From IMG/VR virus record IMGVR_UViG_3300036942_000180, positions 1 through 64,000 of that record: DNA of 64,000 nucleotides; one strand, written 5' to 3'. This stretch comes from a virus. The first letter of the stretch is position 1; every line of letters starts with the position of its first letter. Shown in pieces: positions 62,203 to 64,000 of this stretch. The notes under the pieces are model-generated. The model was not told the origin of the DNA and made no database searches. It saw only the letters and a list, made by a program, of their open reading frames with translations. Position numbers and translations under genes: made by a program.

Positions 62203-62445
62203 TTAAGCTAAGAGTTCACAACTCGATTCATTCCAATCTGTAGTTTCTCCCTTTTTAGTTCCATTCAATCTTTCTACTCTAAATCGAAGAGTTTCTCCAT
62301 CATTTCCATAATAGAATCCATCCACTCTTCCAACGTCGCCTTTTTCTGGATTGGGTAAGTTGTCGTTAATAACGACTGCACCATCTAAATAATTATGATT
62401 AGGTTCACCATTGATTAACCTTTGTAAATTTCTACCTCTTGGCAT
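62203..62445 (-). CDS. Small SH3/KOW-like protein
   Basis: KGDVGRV...W...LL. Confidence 0.55.
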   Translation of the reverse strand: MPRGRNLQRLINGEPNHNYLDGAVVINDNLPNPEKGDVGRVDGFYYGNDGETLRFRVERLNGTKKGETTDWNESSCELLA

Positions 62446-62514
62446 TTAAAACCACTCCTATTATTTATTTTTAATGGGGACATAGAAATTAATCTACATC
62501 CCTATTAAATTCCA

Positions 62515-63990
62515 CTACATATTCTCACTCATTTTAAGTTCCTTTACAACTCCATGAGGTTTTTCAACTGATAGGTTTTCTTTATTCTCAGTTAATACCC
62601 AAATGATGTGATAGTTCTTATTTCTTAGATATTCATCGGGTATGCTACTCTCACCCCAACCATCTGTAAAATAAACTAATACATCACACTTAGGTTCTTT
62701 CTCCTCTTTAAGGTGCTTGAATACTGGAGTAAAAGCTGTTCCTCCTCTACCTGAAATACTCTTAACGTCAGATGATCTTTCAATAGGATAAATTCTGTTA
62801 ATTTGCATGTCACACTCAATTACATATAACTTATCATTAACAGAATTAAGTATATCCATGATTTCATTGAAAGCCCATTCAACTTCAGTTTGACTCATTG
62901 AACCTGAAGTATCTATTGCTGCACATACTCTTACAGCTCTCTTCTTCATTCTACCAGGTAAATCATAACGATTACGCTGTCTTCTGTTTCTCCTGAGCAT
63001 GGTCTTCCTGTAAGGAATTTTAAGAGACCCAAGCATTCTTTTTAATTCCTTTTGCCAACTGATTACTGGTTTTTTGTTCAACTTATGGATAGCTTCTTCC
63101 ATACCACCAGGTAGTTTACCTCGTGATTTGTTTTGAGCCTGTTGTGTGATCTTTTTAGCTACGTCTTTAGCTAATGACTCATCGCCCTCTGCTTTAGATT
63201 CATCCCAAGCATCATGGTTAGCGATTCCTTGTTTCCTCTTCTCTTCTTCAGACATCTCATCACCTTTACCACCACCAGATTCACCTTGACCTTCTTGCTC
63301 TTCTCCTTCTTCTTCACCCATGCCAAATGATCCACTGCCACCAGCTACAGACTCAGGAGATTTATTTCCACCACCAGATCCAGAACCATCATGATTCTGA
63401 CCTCTGAGTTTATCCATCATTTCTTTAAGATCTTTATTGTTCTTCTCTTCTTCAGCTAGTTTTTTAATGTAATACTCAGAACTCTCTCTAGCGTCAAGAT
63501 CCAAACCTTTCTTTCTGAATTCTTCAAGGTTCATTGCTTCTTTTGGTAGGTTATCAATATATTGATTGATGGCTAAATCCATTCCAACGTTAACTGTAGT
63601 ATGATCATATTGTTTATGAAGCTTTTTACCACGAACTGGATGGATATTAACTATATGATATAATTCGTGTTTGATAATAGCTTCTATCTCAGATAAATTA
63701 AAATTGAATAGAAATAATGGATTAATCATAATATTATAATGACTACCTACTAAATTACAAGCAGCAGGTGCAGGTAATTGATAGGTAATCTTTCTTTTAA
63801 TCTGCATTAGTAGATGAGCTAGAAAACTGTCATCTACTAATAGTTTAAATACAGTAAGTTCAAAGAACTCTTTAATTTGTCCTTTTAATTCTCTTTCATT
63901 TAATTCATTTATATCTTCAACTTCTTCCAACTTACTTTGTATTTCTTCATGAAGTTGTTTGATGTTCTTATTCGACATATTACTCATCAC
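62515..63990 (-). CDS. DUF2201-type metallopeptidase + VWA protein (usual partner of MoxR AAA ATPases)
   Basis: HELYH, DLAINQ, Gly/Glu linker, DTSGSM, GRGGT.F, YFTDG. Confidence 0.88.
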   Translation of the reverse strand: MMSNMSNKNIKQLHEEIQSKLEEVEDINELNERELKGQIKEFFELTVFKLLVDDSFLAHLLMQIKRKITYQLPAPAACNLVGSHYNIMINPLFLFNFNLSEIEAIIKHELYHIVNIHPVRGKKLHKQYDHTTVNVGMDLAINQYIDNLPKEAMNLEEFRKKGLDLDARESSEYYIKKLAEEEKNNKDLKEMMDKLRGQNHDGSGSGGGNKSPESVAGGSGSFGMGEEEGEEQEGQGESGGGKGDEMSEEEKRKQGIANHDAWDESKAEGDESLAKDVAKKITQQAQNKSRGKLPGGMEEAIHKLNKKPVISWQKELKRMLGSLKIPYRKTMLRRNRRQRNRYDLPGRMKKRAVRVCAAIDTSGSMSQTEVEWAFNEIMDILNSVNDKLYVIECDMQINRIYPIERSSDVKSISGRGGTAFTPVFKHLKEEKEPKCDVLVYFTDGWGESSIPDEYLRNKNYHIIWVLTENKENLSVEKPHGVVKELKMSENM

Positions 63991-64000
63991 CTTCCTCTTT

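Noticed and set aside
1-64000. Genome-wide stop-codon reassignment as the cause of fragmented genes
   Set aside because: Fragmentation is explained by introns; TAG, TAA and TGA all end well-packed genes
1-64000. tRNA, rRNA or intein
   Set aside because: No cloverleaf/T-loop candidates or intein terminal motifs seen by eye; tRNAscan-SE would be needed to exclude tRNAs formally

Overview
AT-rich 64-kb segment of a jumbo phage of the AR9/PBS1 (phiKZ-related) type, probably infecting a low-GC Firmicute (inferred from strong GGAGG Shine-Dalgarno sites). Almost all genes are on the minus strand. Core genes include a T4 gp20-like portal, a sigma70-family factor, the N-terminal half of a split family-B DNA polymerase, an NAD-dependent ligase, RecA/UvsX and two different RNA polymerase beta-subunit fragments. 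Four core genes are fragmented by 9 group I introns (6 ORF-less at 218-233 nt, 3 with Zn-ribbon/Vsr-like homing endonucleases) and 1 group II intron. I placed all splice junctions by hand, using P1/IGS pairing for the group I introns and terminal consensus for the group II intron; every junction restores a conserved protein motif in frame. The left edge carries a probable diversity-generating retroelement (DGR) target gene with a variable region. The most unusual signal is a short helical peptide tag, K-K/R-x-x-M/L-E-x-K/R-L/M, shared by about 24 otherwise mostly unrelated accessory proteins at their C- or N-termini, suggesting an undescribed docking or targeting system. Other patterns are a family of hairpins with an invariant AATTAA loop, two phage promoter classes (TATATTAT; AACA-N6-TA), and FLxE/LNE leaders on putative head-packaged proteins. 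All calls come from reading the sequence only; no database searches were run.
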